A DNA stretch of 63,316 bases, filler included, from Octopus bimaculoides (taxonomy: Eukaryota), in the NCBI RefSeq assembly GCF_001194135.2. It is 7 parts of 6 records of this genome, joined end to end, with 100 filler letters (N's around TTAATTAATTAA, not from the genome) between each part and the next. Parts side by side here need not be neighbours in the genome. Positions count along the whole stretch, not along the records: positions 29,785 to 56,096 come from NC_068981.1; 6 more parts are not named here. The stretch is one strand, 5' to 3'. The notes under the pieces were generated by a model. It ran no database searches. It was given only the letters and a program-made list of their open reading frames with translations, and was not told the DNA's origin. Shown piece by piece: positions 38,355 through 52,831 of the stretch (position 1 is its first letter; each line of letters begins with the position of its first letter). The translations under genes were made by a program, and so were the position numbers.

Positions 38355-38355
38355 A
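38220..38355. repeat. (TATC)n microsatellite, one of dozens of (TA)n, (CA)n, (TATG)n, (CAT)n, (ACT)n and (ACC)n runs across the window
   Basis: Direct reading. These runs generate most of the low-complexity entries in the ORF track. Confidence 0.97.
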
Positions 38356-41300
38356 ATTTACCTACCTAGCCTCTCTCTTTCCCTGTCAATATACATTTAG
38401 AACAATAAAAATCGATACAAAGCAAATGTATAGTAGTCTTTCAAATAAATTTCGCAAAATCTACCGCAAACAACTATATCAGCATAGCAGCACGTTCACT
38501 AGCCGTCCTTACCCCCAACTAAAAAAAACATTATTAAGATGAATGTTCGTCTAAGCACCAAATATGAAAATATAAATTTTACCTAATTACATGTGCAACC
38601 CAATTAATCATACAAAAAAAAAAAGATATATTAATGTAAAATTAATAACTATCTAGGTTCCATTAACTTCAAAATCACATAAGCCGCCAAGTTGCTCTGT
38701 AGAGGAATATCACGCCGACAATCAATGAGTTTAATAGCTTACAAGACGAACACTATTTTAAATACTCTCAGTTTGGTGTAGTATAGTCGTACAAAATAAC
38801 TTGGCAGTTCATTTGCAGATCATAATGATATCTTGGTTTAAAAATATTGCAAAATCAATGCTTTTCCGAGATAATTCTTTTGTGCTAAACAATATGGTGA
38901 TGAGTTTTCAGTGTGACAGGTTTATAAGTATGGTTAGCTACAAGGAAGCAAACGTCTGTGAGCTAATAGTACCTTTTATTTGTGAGCTTGTAGGACCTTT
39001 TATTCTGGGCAACCTAAAACACAAAAACAACAGAACATTTAGAATTTGTAGTTTTGTGCTTTATCAAGATGATCATATCGTGCCTTTCTAGAGGCACTAC
39101 GCCAGATTCAGAAACGCAAGATATAATAGATAGGGAGACGATTAGAGTAAACATTGTAGTTAACATAAATATTTGAAAGTTCTTGAAATAGTTTTGAACG
39201 TGTGTGTGCATGTATGTGTGTCTGTATATATATATATATATATATATATNNNNNNNNNNNNNNNNNNNNNNNNNNNNNNNNNNNNNNNNNNNNNNNNNNN
39301 NNNNNNNNNNNNNNNNNNNNNNNNNNNNNNNNNNNNNNNNNNNNNNNNNNNNNNNNNNNNNNNNNNNNNNNNNNNNNNNNNNNNNNNNNNNNNNNNNNNN
39401 NNNNNNNNNNNNNNNNNNNNNNNNNNNNNNNNNNNNNNNNNNNNNNNNNNNNNNNNNNNNNNNNNNNNNNNNNNNNNNNNNNNNNNNNNNNNNNNNNNNN
39501 NNNNNNNNNNNNNNNNNNNNNNNNNNNNNNNNNNNNNNNNNNNNNNNNNNNNNNNNNNNNNNNNNNNNNNNNNNNNNNNNNNNNNNNNNNNNNNNNNNNN
39601 NNNNNNNNNATATATATATATATATATATATATACTTGTCTGTATCCACACACACACACACACCTGTCTAAATGTAATAAATCAGTGTTGAAAAGAAATC
39701 CAATTAGCTGTCGCCTGGTAAAGTTATCGGAGAACAATCTCTTATGTGATTAGATATATTAACTTTGTATGATTACCACTGTAATTCTACTTATTATCTA
39801 AACTTCAGCTCATTCTTTCAGATTGATAAGCTAAAATTGCCCGTTGCTATTTGTACCAACATTTTAATAGCAATAATAACAGCAAATATATCAACGACAA
39901 GACTAAATACATCAGCATCAGCAAAATCAATATGAACAAAATCTGCTAGCCAATGAGCAACATTTTATTTGTCGCTCGATCTGTTATTTTCTTCAACTTA
40001 TACCTTATTGTTTATAGAAAATAAAGACACATTAGGCAATGCAATCATGAGGCAGATAAAAAGAAGATGATTATAACATGGACAAATTTTGATCATATGT
40101 CTGTTTGTTCAAAGCTGAACTGGAGAAAGTTAAGAAAAATAACAAAACACACAAGAAGTATACAAAACATTTGTTATAAAAATATTTGAAAAATATGAAT
40201 CCTGTATCTCCTAGAAATATGACAAGAACAACAAAGTGGAACTTAACTGCATATACAATAATGAAATCTATATCCACACATGAAGATTTCCAATCCTCTC
40301 ATTCGTTCTCAGGCGCTGAAAACAAGAGGGTTGAGAAGGAAGTCTAAAGCACTTTGTGTGACTTTTAATACATGAAAAACTGGTAGAACAAAGGCTACCA
40401 AACAGGATGGTAAAAAAGAAAAAAAAATCACAAAAATAGGAAAAGTGAACCACAGTAAAAAATACGTATTTTGATGCCTTCATTAAAAATAATGAAACGA
40501 AGACGAAAAGAACGACGAATTGCGATTCACCCGATCCTCGAAGGTCAAACTAATTGTTAATAGATAAAATCACGTGTCTGTGATGTCACCAATATTTTCG
40601 ATGATATCATCCGTCTTCACGTTCTGATTTCGAATTTCGCCTTTTGGAGCAATGGAGTCGATGTAATTGACTTATCTCTCCTCCAAATCACTGGCCTTGG
40701 GCCAAAATTTGAAACCAATATTTCGATGATATAAAAATGGAAGGAGTGCAGTTGAGATCGGAATATAGGAGACACTGGAAAGACAGGTTGTTGGTAAACA
40801 CCAGTCAAAGGCATTACAAGGACCTGAATCAGTCATATCCTGAAGATGCAGAGTGCCATCTACTTCAGTCAACTCCAAAAGTTCACGTTTGATTGCACGG
40901 GCCAGCAGTACGATCAGGAGGGTATGAACGTGTAATATTCTAGCCCAGACTTGTCAGAAGTTTACAGCATATTGTACAAATATCTTTCAGATGGTGTAGA
41001 ATACCTCTATAATGGAATTTGTGCCGAAGAAACCTTTTTCAGATGGAGTGGGAGAAGGGTTTCGGATAATTTACAAGCTTCGATTTTATTTCCCCACAAC
41101 TTCGGAAAAATGGGGATTTTATAAAATAAATTTTCTATAAGTATCTTTTAGTGGTGTAGATTAGGATTATAATGGATTTTAATGTAAAAAAAATAGGAAT
41201 GGGGTGGATATTTCATGCATTTCCACTTTGTTTTCTCATACGTTTTGATGATTTAATTACATCGATGTCGAAATAAAATTACTTTTGTGACCCACTTGAT

Positions 41301-44300
41301 CCCTTACTATTTCTAGCATAGTAAACGCCCTCGTAGAGGAAGAGTCACCTTTGAGTTTACTAGAAAGAAGATAATGAAAGAAAGTAATTCCTTTTTCAAC
41401 GTAATTAAATCTTTAAAATGTTTGAAGAAAGAAAGACGTAAAGTATAAAATAACCGCCCCACCATCTTTTTCCAGTAAATTCGGCAATAATCGTAACCTA
41501 CATCGTCTGAAATTTACTTGTTGAAAACTTCATAAAAAGTACCCATTCTCTGAAAGTCATAAGGAAACATAAGCAACCAGTAATGCCTATGAGGTAATTT
41601 AATCGACTCCACAGCTAAATTGTCCTCCTTGTGTCTCAACTAAAAAACGCTATTATTAGTATTATTATTGTAAATCAAGTGACTCCTTACGTTGGCATAA
41701 TATAACAAATTAGCATAGCAAGTCTATACGCAATACGACTGTCGTTTCATTGACTGTGTGCATGTAGTAAATAAAATATTGCAACGTATTTAGTCTATTA
41801 TAGTAAGCATTGCTGATACTTACTTTTCTCAGCAAGTAAAACGTTTATTTCTGACTTTGGTATAAATCTGTCAATTTATTACGTCAAGAAATGTGTTCAA
41901 TTACACGAACTAGAACAAGTGTGAAAGAACTTTATAGAGTGAAGTGTCTTTTCTGCTATTTCTTACCCTTTCTAATACTAAGTTGTAGCAATAACCTAAT
42001 GGCAAAGATTTTGAGAGACAAAGTAACCAATTAAATTGAACCTTGAAATTAATTGGTTCAAATTTATTGATCATTAAAAATTGATTCTCAATCCAGCGAG
42101 ATTTTTAGTTTGATCATTAACTGGAATAAATAGATACAGTTATTCATTATGCCCACACTTTATTGCAATGGTTATGCATCACTCTCTTAACATGCTGCTA
42201 CACATAACATTCGTTGCTCTTTTGTAATTTACTGCGTCTGCCTTGCACTGCTCTTCCAAAGTTTACAACGGCTGTCATTCTCTACTTTTCTATACTCTAC
42301 TACAACCTCCCTTCATTCAGCTATATTTGTAAAGTAGGTCTCGACCGGATTTGAATTCAACATAATGAGGTGTAAACAAATAATGGTTTCAAATTTTGCC
42401 ACAAGGGCAGCATTTTGGGAGAGGGGATGAGTCGATAACATCGACTCCAATGTTCAAATGGAACTTATTTTATCGACTCCGAAAGGACGAAAGGTAAAGT
42501 CGACCTAGGCGGAATTTGAACTCAGAACAATTCTGCCTCTCACTGTTAATTTTACACCAGTAAATTGTTAATCTATTGGTGTGCTCTTCGAAACCAAAAC
42601 AATCTATGTCAATCAGATAATTCCATCAGAGTATGCTGTTAAGCTATATTTACATATTTTTGCATGGGGACACTTTTTGTTTAGTACGAAACAAATTTGG
42701 CTTAAAGTAATTTTTTTCTAGTTTTTCAGAGAACATATCAACTGCAAATAAATTATTTAAATTCCTCCTAGAATCTTCTTAGACTAAGAATACTAAAATA
42801 GCTAATATTTAATTAATTTCAAATATTCCTCTCCAGTCAGAAACGAATCGCACATTATATTTATTAACTATCACAGTATCACACGTCTAATCAAGTTTTC
42901 TTTGAAGTGCCGATAATTTAGATAAGTAAAAGCAAGTTTGTTAATTGTCTAGTGAAATGGAACCTATTTTCCAATTAGAGAAGTAGTTATTGTTGGCAAG
43001 AAAACGAATATGAGAGTGAATAAAAAAAATGTATTCAGAAATTATAAAAATTATATTCTTAACCATTTGGATAATTTGTAATGTTGATTAGAGTCAAAAG
43101 TATATTGAAATGCCGTATAATCTTAAAGTGTGAACTATGGGCTATCTAGATTACATTGTAAATGAAATAGGCTGAAAATTTAGTATATTGTATATCATTA
43201 CTCGTCAGTCTACTTAAGACTTAGATTAAGTGCCTCAGAATATACATCAAGATTGTATCTTCAGTTTCGAAATACGGTTGAAGCAATTTCCCTTAATTAT
43301 TAAAATGCACGAAGAACACCGGGACGTCACAAAACTGTTGATAATTACTTAAGGGAGAAAACTTTGTTGACTCGTCAAAACGAAACCAATATTTTCATGA
43401 ATTATGAAGCATGAATTTTGGGGAGAGAGAGAGAGGGGGGTGGGAGATTGTACTATACGATTTCAGATAAAGGTTAAATCACAAAAGTTTCTAAAATGAA
43501 GCAACAACATAATAATTTATTTTCAGTTGTCTGAAAATTATTTCTCTGATGCGCTTAAAAAATGATCTGACTGGTTATAATCGCGAAAGCTATAACCTAT
43601 TGACCCCTATAGGCATCACTGAACATTCAGTATGCATGTATACTGCTTACAGCTGTGAGTGCTGATATTTTTAATGAAATGTTTGTATCAAAAATACTGC
43701 TGCTAGAGCCATAGACACAGATTAGCAACAATAATGAAAAGCGAACCGCTGACATAATGGAATACTTTTTCACTAAACAACTGAATTAGACATTATTGTT
43801 CTCCGGAACGTGTGAACATTAGTATTTAATAAAACACATTTACTTGAGAGAAAAGCTGTCTATTATATTCACAGGTCGAGCAATTAATTCTGTGAATGAC
43901 TATAGGTTTGTTAATATAGAAAAACATGTGCAATATGATAAATATATTATTGATTTAGTTTCCAATTTAGATCGATAAATAACTATTACATGGCGATAAA
44001 AGGTTATTCTATTTGTGAAAGAGCTCTAATTTTGTCGATGTTAAAATGAAAAATAAAAAAATAAAATGGTTTGTGCTGTATTTAAGCTCCCTATAAAATC
44101 CTTGAATCTCTATTGGAATTAAGATAGGAAACGTCAGATGGATGTTATATTGTACTGAAAACATGTACCAAATGGTTTTATTACAAACGTGACCAGTATC
44201 AACAAACTAAGAATTATCTGACTACAGTTCTCATCTGAATAAATCCGAGTTTGAAAATAATAAAATAAAAAAATTAAAAAAAACATTTGTTTGTCTTCAA

Positions 44301-45890
44301 TAATATTGCTATATTTATTTCAAGAAACTTTATTATTATTGAAAATAAAATGGGAAAAACACTATTTGATGTAAAACACAACCTTTAATCTTACATATGA
44401 CAACACACAGATTCCATGGATTAGAATATAATTTTGTAAGCACATTTGGATTAAACGGTAGATATTGGATTTTCGAAATTCTCAATGAATATTGCTAAGC
44501 TATTTTCTATTCCTAGTTTAATTTACACACACACAAAAGAAAAGAATGAAGAATAGTTATTTAGATTCCTGTAATGTATGAGTTCAAATCCCGGCGGCTC
44601 GATTGTATTTGATTAACAACTGTTCTGATCCTAATAGCTTAGGAGATGAAAAGTTATTCTGCAGAAACGTGAACTGATTTGAAAGAGAGATAATGTATAC
44701 GTAAATTATTCGATGGCTTAGCATAATAAGTACATCATTACTTTATCGCTCTGTGCTCGTTTCTCGTAAAAAGATATCGAATTCTATTATCCTTTAACAC
44801 GTTTGAATCGTTGAACTGCGGCCAGGCTTGGGCATCGTCTTCAAGGGCTCTGTGAACAAATTGACCCTAGTACTTATGTTTTAAAAGACTGGTGCTTATT
44901 CTCTTGCGTCATTTTGCCGAACCGCTAAGTTATGAGGACATAAACAAATCAACACAGGTTGTCAAGTAGAGGGGGGGAGGCAAAAACCCAAACTCAAAGA
45001 CATACATGCACACATATATATACAAGCAGTTACACACACACATACATACGTCTACAAACAAACACACACACAAACATTTTACTCTTCACTCAGTATTTTC
45101 TACACCTGAAGAATTTCAGTATTAGTGTGGAATCCGACTGTGTTGATAGCCCAGAACTTCTCTGGAAATACCCTACATTTATACCCTACCAGGAACTGAC
45201 ACACACACACACACATATATATATATAAACACACACACAACATGCTTCAGCATAATTTATGTATTTTTGTCGACCAAATTCACTCATAAGACATTAATGG
45301 ACTCGAATCTATAATAGAACACACTTGTCCAAAATGCCGTACAGTGGGAGTGAACCCGAAAACCGCGTCATTACAAAGCGAGCTTCTTATCCACACATCT
45401 ATGTTTGTGCCGATAAATGGTAGCAAAATCAACATTGAATAGCATCATATTGTCTTAGTAAAGGGAACAATAATACTGGATGATTTGCTTCAAGGAAAAG
45501 GATGGGATAATAACGAGATTAAAATGTTTTCCATCAGGGTTGGCTGGGGACAAAACACCAGCATCCTCGAGCGTTCAGTGTAGCCTCTAAACCAGACATG
45601 GTTAATCTTTTTCTGAGAAGTAGGCCGCATGAGATATGACCCGGCAGCACTACTAAATGAATTCAAGGTAGATTCTTCGTTAGACTTGCCATTGAGAAAT
45701 TACCATGGGCTGTAGTTTACCCATGACTGCTCTAAACGGTTGTTCAACTTGCTACGAACAGCAGTGATATCTTCCGCAAACTACACCTAACTCAATTACA
45801 GAAAACAAGGACAAACTGGAAAATGTAGTGGTTGCAGAATGCAGGAAGCCAGGGATAAAACACGCTGCTCCATTGCGGTTGACCTCGGGG

Positions 45891-45921
<31 letters not shown>

Positions 45922-46254
45922 TAACTACGACGACGCTATCCATTTCGACATAGACATTACTTTAATTTTACTGTAGAAACAAGTAAACAAGTCTGCAGTC
46001 GTTTCAAATAAATAGGAGGATGAATTATTTCTTCTTAGCTTTGAACATTAACTCTATTCTTACCAATAGAAAATCTTCTAAACCATAAGGTGGGGAAGAA
46101 AGAAAGAAAGATAAAAAAAAAACAGAATTATGCGAGTCTGTTAGCCCGTATGTTCGTGTCTGTTTTATTTTCTGACTTTTCACTGATCCCCGCTCTCTTT
46201 CTCCTCCCACTTTCCTTTCTCTTTAGATATAACTTAACGATGTAATGACTTTAA

Positions 46255-46300
<46 letters not shown>

Positions 46301-47741
46301 TCCGAGAAATATAAAATACACGCATTTATGTAAGTATATATATGTATATAAAACTATGTATGAAAATATAAACGATATATATATTATAAATCATGCATAA
46401 ATACGTACATACACACACATATAAATATACATACATATATATATATATATATGTATGTATGTATGTATGGAAGCTATGAATATTATTGATTGTAAAAGAC
46501 TGATATCAAAGAGTTGAATCAAAGCATACTTAAACACGTAACACACATATGCATTGCACATAATTGAACACAGACGCATACACACACAAACACACACACA
46601 AAGACATCACACATATACACACGCATCACACACATACACATATGCGCTCGCGCATTGATATAGACTCTCAGATACATACAAACACACAACCGTCGAGTCA
46701 TATAGCAAATTATTCAGTGTCAATTCTATGTTTTGTCTAGGCTATTCCACTGTTGCTCTAATCGCTTCTATTTCCCTGACCTAGCAAGCGGTTTCACACA
46801 CCAGTCCAGCTCACTTTATGCACTAACTACTCTTTCTCATTTTCATCACCCACACTATATTTCAGCTACAAAATGACACACTAATCTCTTATGTTAAATC
46901 ATACCTTTCTCTTACTGCAATCTTCCGAAACTGCTTTCCTGTTCATTCTTTCGTTACAGACATGAAATGTATCCGAACATCAACCGGATCGACCGAATCT
47001 CTTAGTTAAAGCTTACAAATTATATAAGATCAGCCCTCCAACGAAATAAGGATCTTGTACATTCGTATACGACCAACAGTTGATTGAATATGCCCTTAAT
47101 ATTCGAATTTAGGCGAAGGCGGCGAGCTGGCAAGGTCGTTTGCACGCTGCGCGAAAAGCTTAACGATATTTCGTCCGTTTTTAAGTTCTAAGTTCAATTT
47201 TCGCTGGGGTCGACATTGCCATTCATCCTTTCGGGGTCGATAAAAGATGTACCGGCAAGTTCTGGGGGCGATGTAATCGACTAGTCCCCTCCTCACAAAT
47301 TTCTGGTCTTGTGCCTTTAGTAGAAAGGATTATTAGTATTCAGACAAAGGCGATGAGCTGGCAGAATCGTTTGTTACTTCTTCCGTTCTGTCCGTTACTT
47401 CTTTGGTGGTGGTGGGGGGACCAAAAATCAAATTTACTTCAGTGGAATTAAAACTAAGAATATAAGCAACAAATTACTCGGGCATTTTCAACGCACTTTT
47501 GGTTCTGCCAATCACCCAATCTTGTTATGCACGTTAAAATTGGAAACATATTTGCTTCACTTTTATTTACGTCTTTAATGATAAAACGTTACGATTCCAT
47601 CCTTAGGCATTACTTTAGTGTAACTTCAATCCTCTAACTGTTACTTCAATGCATATGTTCAAAGGTCTTAATAATGTTCAGCTTTATCATACACACACAG
47701 ACACACACACCCACACACACATACACACACACACAAACACA

Positions 47742-47807
<66 letters not shown>

Positions 47808-48427
47808 NNNNNNNNNNNNNNNNNNNNNNNNNNNNNNNNNNNNNNNNNNNNNNNNNNNNNNNNNNNNNNNNNNNNNNNNNNNNNNNNNNNNNNNNNNNNN
47901 NNNNNNNNNNNNNNNNNNNNNNNNNNNNNNNNNNNNNNNNNNNNNNNNNNNNNNNNNNNNNNNNNNNNNNNNNNNNNNNNNNNNNNNNNNNNNNNNNNNN
48001 NNNNNNNNNNNNNNNNNNNNNNNNNNNNNNNNNNNNNNNNNNNNNNNNNNNNNNNNNNNNNNNNNNNNNNNNNNNNNNNNNNNNNNNNNNNNNNNNNNNN
48101 NNNNNNNNNNNNNNNNNNNNNNNNNNNNNNNNNNNNNNNNNNNNNNNNNNNNNNNNNNNNNNNNNNNNNNNNNNNNNNNNNNNNNNNNNNNNNNNNNNNN
48201 NNNNNNNNNNNNNNNNNNNNNNNNNNNNNNNNNNNNNNNNNTATATATATATATTTTGACTTTAAATAGAGCTCAAAACTGATCCATTGACAATACTTTA
48301 TAATAATAATAATAATGATAATGAAAATGACCTATGAACATTTCGATGCAATATCCAGAACGATTCATACATATTATGAAATATTATAAAATATGGGATA
48401 CCACATCTCCTCGGGGCCTTATTATTA

Positions 48428-48478
<51 letters not shown>

Positions 48479-48888
48479 GTAATATGCAGACATTAAAAAT
48501 AGAAAACATTCAAATCCAATTTTCATAGTTGACTCATGAAAATATGCAAAACAGGATGAAAAGATATGAAATGATATACAACCGTTCATCCTAAAGGTGT
48601 AGAGATCAAGCAAATGGTACATGTATGTAGGTATATATGTACATATATGCGTTTTCTCCAATCCTTAAATTCTTAAATATACTCAAATACCCAAAATCTC
48701 AAAGAGTTCCTGACTTAAAAACAGGAGCTAACCACAGTTATTTTGTGTTGTTTGTTACATTGGTTTCTATTAACCCATTTATTCTATCAGAAGAATTTTT
48801 ATTCATTAAGATAGAAGAAATACACATAATTATATACATATATATATATATATGCATATATATATATATATANNNNNNNNNNAGTTTT

Positions 48889-48930
<42 letters not shown>

Positions 48931-49103
48931 CTTTAAATAGCGCTCAAAACTGATCCATTGACAATACTTTATAATAATAATAATAATAATAATAATGAAA
49001 ATGACCTATGAACATTTCGATGCAATATCCAGAACGATTCATACATATTATAAAATATGGGATACCACATCTCCTCGGGGCCTTATTATTATTGTTATTA
49101 TTA

Positions 49104-50971
49104 TTGTCAATAACTCTTGGTCTTTTCTTTTAACCTTTTTGTCTCTCTAAAATGAGTGTACCTTTGCAAAAGCGTAGCTAAATATGCGTGTATGAACGCA
49201 CGTATGTATGTTTGAATGTATGTTTGTATGCATAGATGTATGGAAGTAAGCGTGCGTCTACGTATATTTGCGTGTACATACAAGTGGCTAGGTGTATTTG
49301 TATGTATTTGTGTATGTATTTTATCTACTCATGTATGTATGTATGTAATTATTCAGCTTTATTTCAAGATTTCTTGCTAAAAGAGAAACAGCCGATGCAA
49401 AATTCTACAGCAGCTAGCTATAATGATAATGAGGATGAACATGACAATGTCACGACAACGATGATCATAACGATGATGATGATAATGACGTAGACATCGC
49501 ATCTTAGTAATATTGTCATCATCCATTCAATATGAAATAATGCATTAAATATCACAATTGTTTCCTGTAGTTTCCTTCAATTAATAGAAACAGAAAGTTA
49601 AGAAAAGCCACGAGTTCGCCAAATACATCATCAGGGGAACAACCTATTGACGATTCTTAGTTGGATCTTTTCCTTTTCATGGCAGCTCGATTAATTAATT
49701 TTCTTTAACTAAACACCCTGAAACTTCGGATACTGGTAAAATGTGTCATATAGAACATCTTTTACTTTTAGCGTTGTTGAGAAAAGTTTCTGTTTTCGAA
49801 GTTATTTCGTGTTAAAGTTGATATATTTCGGTAATTTCAACCAATCAATGACTTGTATTCAGCTGAATAAAATTACTGCTGTATCCGAAGTTTCAAAGTG
49901 TTTAAAGAAAATTAATTAATCGAACTGCCCATGAAAAGGAAAAGATCTTCTCAGTTTCATATTTCCACTAATTATGTCTTTCACCCTGTTTCTCTCATCA
50001 CAGTTATGATAATTGTCTGGTTTTCTAGCTCATTCTGTGTGGCTAGTTTGATACACATAAATACATACCGCTTGTCTACCAGAAAAGAGAACGCTGATTC
50101 GAAGACTACAGATCTAAGCCATCACTGGATCTGTAAAAATCTGTAAAACATTCTAGAAGTTTATCATTTAAGTATTGATGAGCATGCCTAGATATGCAAG
50201 TATATGCATGAGAATACATACATAAAACAAAGCAGGTCTGCACGTAGACATACATACATACATACAAAAATACCCTGGTTTTGATGTTGAAATTCCAATG
50301 GAGGAGCCTTGGATCTAAGTGAGAAACCGAATCTTTCTCTATTGGCAAGAAATCTTGAAATAAAACTGAATGACATACATACATACATACATACATACAT
50401 ACATACATACATACATAGAAAGCTGATTCGAATGCTATAGATCTAAGCCATCGTTAGAACTAAAAAAATTGTAAAACTTTCCGCGAGTTTATCATTTAAG
50501 TATGTATGCGCATGTCAGGACACGCATCTATATTCATGAGAGCATGAGAATGCATTCAAAAAACAAAACGTATAAATCTGTACATGCACCGATTCCAAAT
50601 ACTGCACATATTAACACATGCATGAAAAAATACTGTAATGTTGAAATTCCAATAAAGGAACCTTGGATCTAGGTTAGAATTTTGTATCGGCTGTTTCTCT
50701 TTTGGCAAGAAATCTTGAAATACAGCTGAATAATTACATACATACATACGTACATACATACATGCGCAGATAAAATACATACACAAATACATAAAAATAC
50801 ACTTATATGTACACGCAAATATACGTAGACGCACGCTTACTTCCATACATCTATGCATACAAACATACATACGTACGTTCATACACGCACATATAGCTAC
50901 GCTTTTACAAAGGTATACTCATTTCAGAGAGACAAAAAGGAAGAAAAGAAAAGACCAAGAGTTATTGACAA
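49104..50971. repeat. 1.87-kb foldback structure with ~300-bp inverted arms (49104-49407 / 50675-50971)
   Basis: ttgtcaataactcttggtcttttc...gcgtgcgtctacgtatatttgcgtgtacat...ttcaagatttcttgc is the reverse complement of gcaagaaatcttgaa...atgtacacgcaaatatacgtagacgcacgc...gaccaagagttattgacaa. Confidence 0.88.
49664..49947. mobile_element. MITE with ~70-bp TIRs nested in the foldback spacer
   Basis: gatcttttccttttcatggcagctcgattaattaattttcttta...tgaaacttcggatac / gtatccgaagtttca...aaagaaaattaattaatcgaactgcccatgaaaaggaaaagatc. Confidence 0.85.
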
Positions 50972-51504
50972 GCAAATTCATTCGAAATTCATGGGAAATC
51001 TATAGTCGCTTGCTTTGCAAGACATAATAGCCAAATCTCATCCTTCACTGTTTGAAGTAAAGGTCATAATGAATAATATATTTACTGGCATATAAAACTA
51101 TATCAAATAGCGACGAAAGGGCAGAATTGTTAGTACACCGGACAAAATGTGTAGTGGTATTTATTTCGGCTTTAAGTGCTGAGTTCAAATTCTGGCGAGG
51201 TCGATTTTCGGGGATGATGGAATAAATACCAGTCGAGCACTGGTGTCGATGTGATTGACTTCTCCTCCCATTAAAAGTCCTGATTTTGTGCCAAAATTAG
51301 GGAAGAGCACACAACAGTATACATAACGCTGTTGTCGTTGTGTTTGCAGACTTTGCTTTGCGAGTGATCATCCAAGTGTTCGCTCAACATCTTAGTAATA
51401 GCAGTCAAATGTTCCTCAAATATCTCTTTGTTGTCTTATGCATATCTACATTTATAAGCCAATAACTGAAGCCTCTATATAGTAACCAAGTTTCCTAGAT
51501 ATAG

Positions 51505-51606
51505 CAGGCTGATCTTCAAATCATACCCCTCTCCCTTTCAGGCTGATCTTCAAATCACACCCCTCTCCTTTTCAGGCTGATCTTCAAATCACACCCCTCT
51601 CTCTTT
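51505..51606. repeat. 34-bp tandem repeat x3
   Basis: caggctgatcttcaaatca(t/c)acccctctc...ttt starts at 51505, 51539 and 51573. Confidence 0.9.
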
Positions 51607-52746
51607 CGTATTTGAATATGTATGTATAAGCCAATACCAGAGACTCTACCTATTAGGAAAACCTGACAGTTACTCTCAAAATTGCTCCTTACTTACTGTC
51701 AATGTTATTGAGACAACGACGGAGACCGTTACATATTAGCTAGACCTGCAAGCAATAGCAACCAAAATTTCCTTCAAACTACACACATATTGCTGTCATG
51801 TATTATGAGTTAACGCAGCAGACATGTATGTGGAATCTAGACCAGCTAGAAGTAGTAGTTACTTGACTATCAAATCACACCCTACAGTCTTACGTATGAC
51901 TGCATGTATGTATGTTTAAGGTTTCATGGTGCTTTATATCTGAAACAACTCCCAGCTACATCTGATACAGATACGTGCAAAATATTCTTAAATGAGAAGC
52001 TACCATCGTGAAGTAGATTTTGAAAAGCGTGGTAATAGGTTCTCTCCACAGTGGATGTTGATCGATTGGTCACGCTTCGTATACAACTGCATTGAGCTAC
52101 AAAACATATACATAGAAAACAAACTTACACACAAGTGCGAGAACGGCTGCGTGGTGAGAAGCTTGCTTCCTAACCACATGGTTCCGGTTCCAGTCCCCCT
52201 GCATTGTATTTTGGGCTGGTGTCTTCTACTATAGCCTAGGACCGACCAAAGCATTGTGACTGGATTTGGTAGCGGAAACTGAAAGGAGCTGTTAATATAT
52301 ACATGTGTGAGTGTGTGTGTGGGTTTGTGTGTGTGTGTGTGCGTTTGTCTCTCATCAACACTTCACAACCTGTGTTTGTGGAAAAAGATACCCATAGAAT
52401 AAGTACCAGCCTTAACAAGAACACAAAGGAAAAATAAAAATAAACGTCGATATGTTCAGCTAAAAACTTCTCGATGCGGTGCCCCAGATAAAAAAATTAA
52501 AACACACAAACAAATACACACAAGGAATACACCGATGTATGTGTACAACATTCCTACACATAAATCAAATTAGGGAATACAATATTCACAGAAACGGCAC
52601 AAAAAATAAACCACGGTCTAGTAGCCGTGTAACACTCTTTCTACCTCCTTTTCCTTTCTTTTAGCCTCCCCCCCATAATCCTTTCTCTCTGAATGTTTTT
52701 TCTCTGCCTTTATGTATCTGTCTCATCATTATTACCCTCTCTATCT

Positions 52747-52777
<31 letters not shown>

Positions 52778-52796
52778 NNNNNNNNNNNNNNNNNNN

Positions 52797-52831
<35 letters not shown>

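Noticed and set aside
43573-43597. GGTTATA…GCGAAAGC…TATAACC GNRA-capped hairpin
   Set aside because: It is too short and isolated to distinguish from chance, with no surrounding ribozyme or intron motifs.
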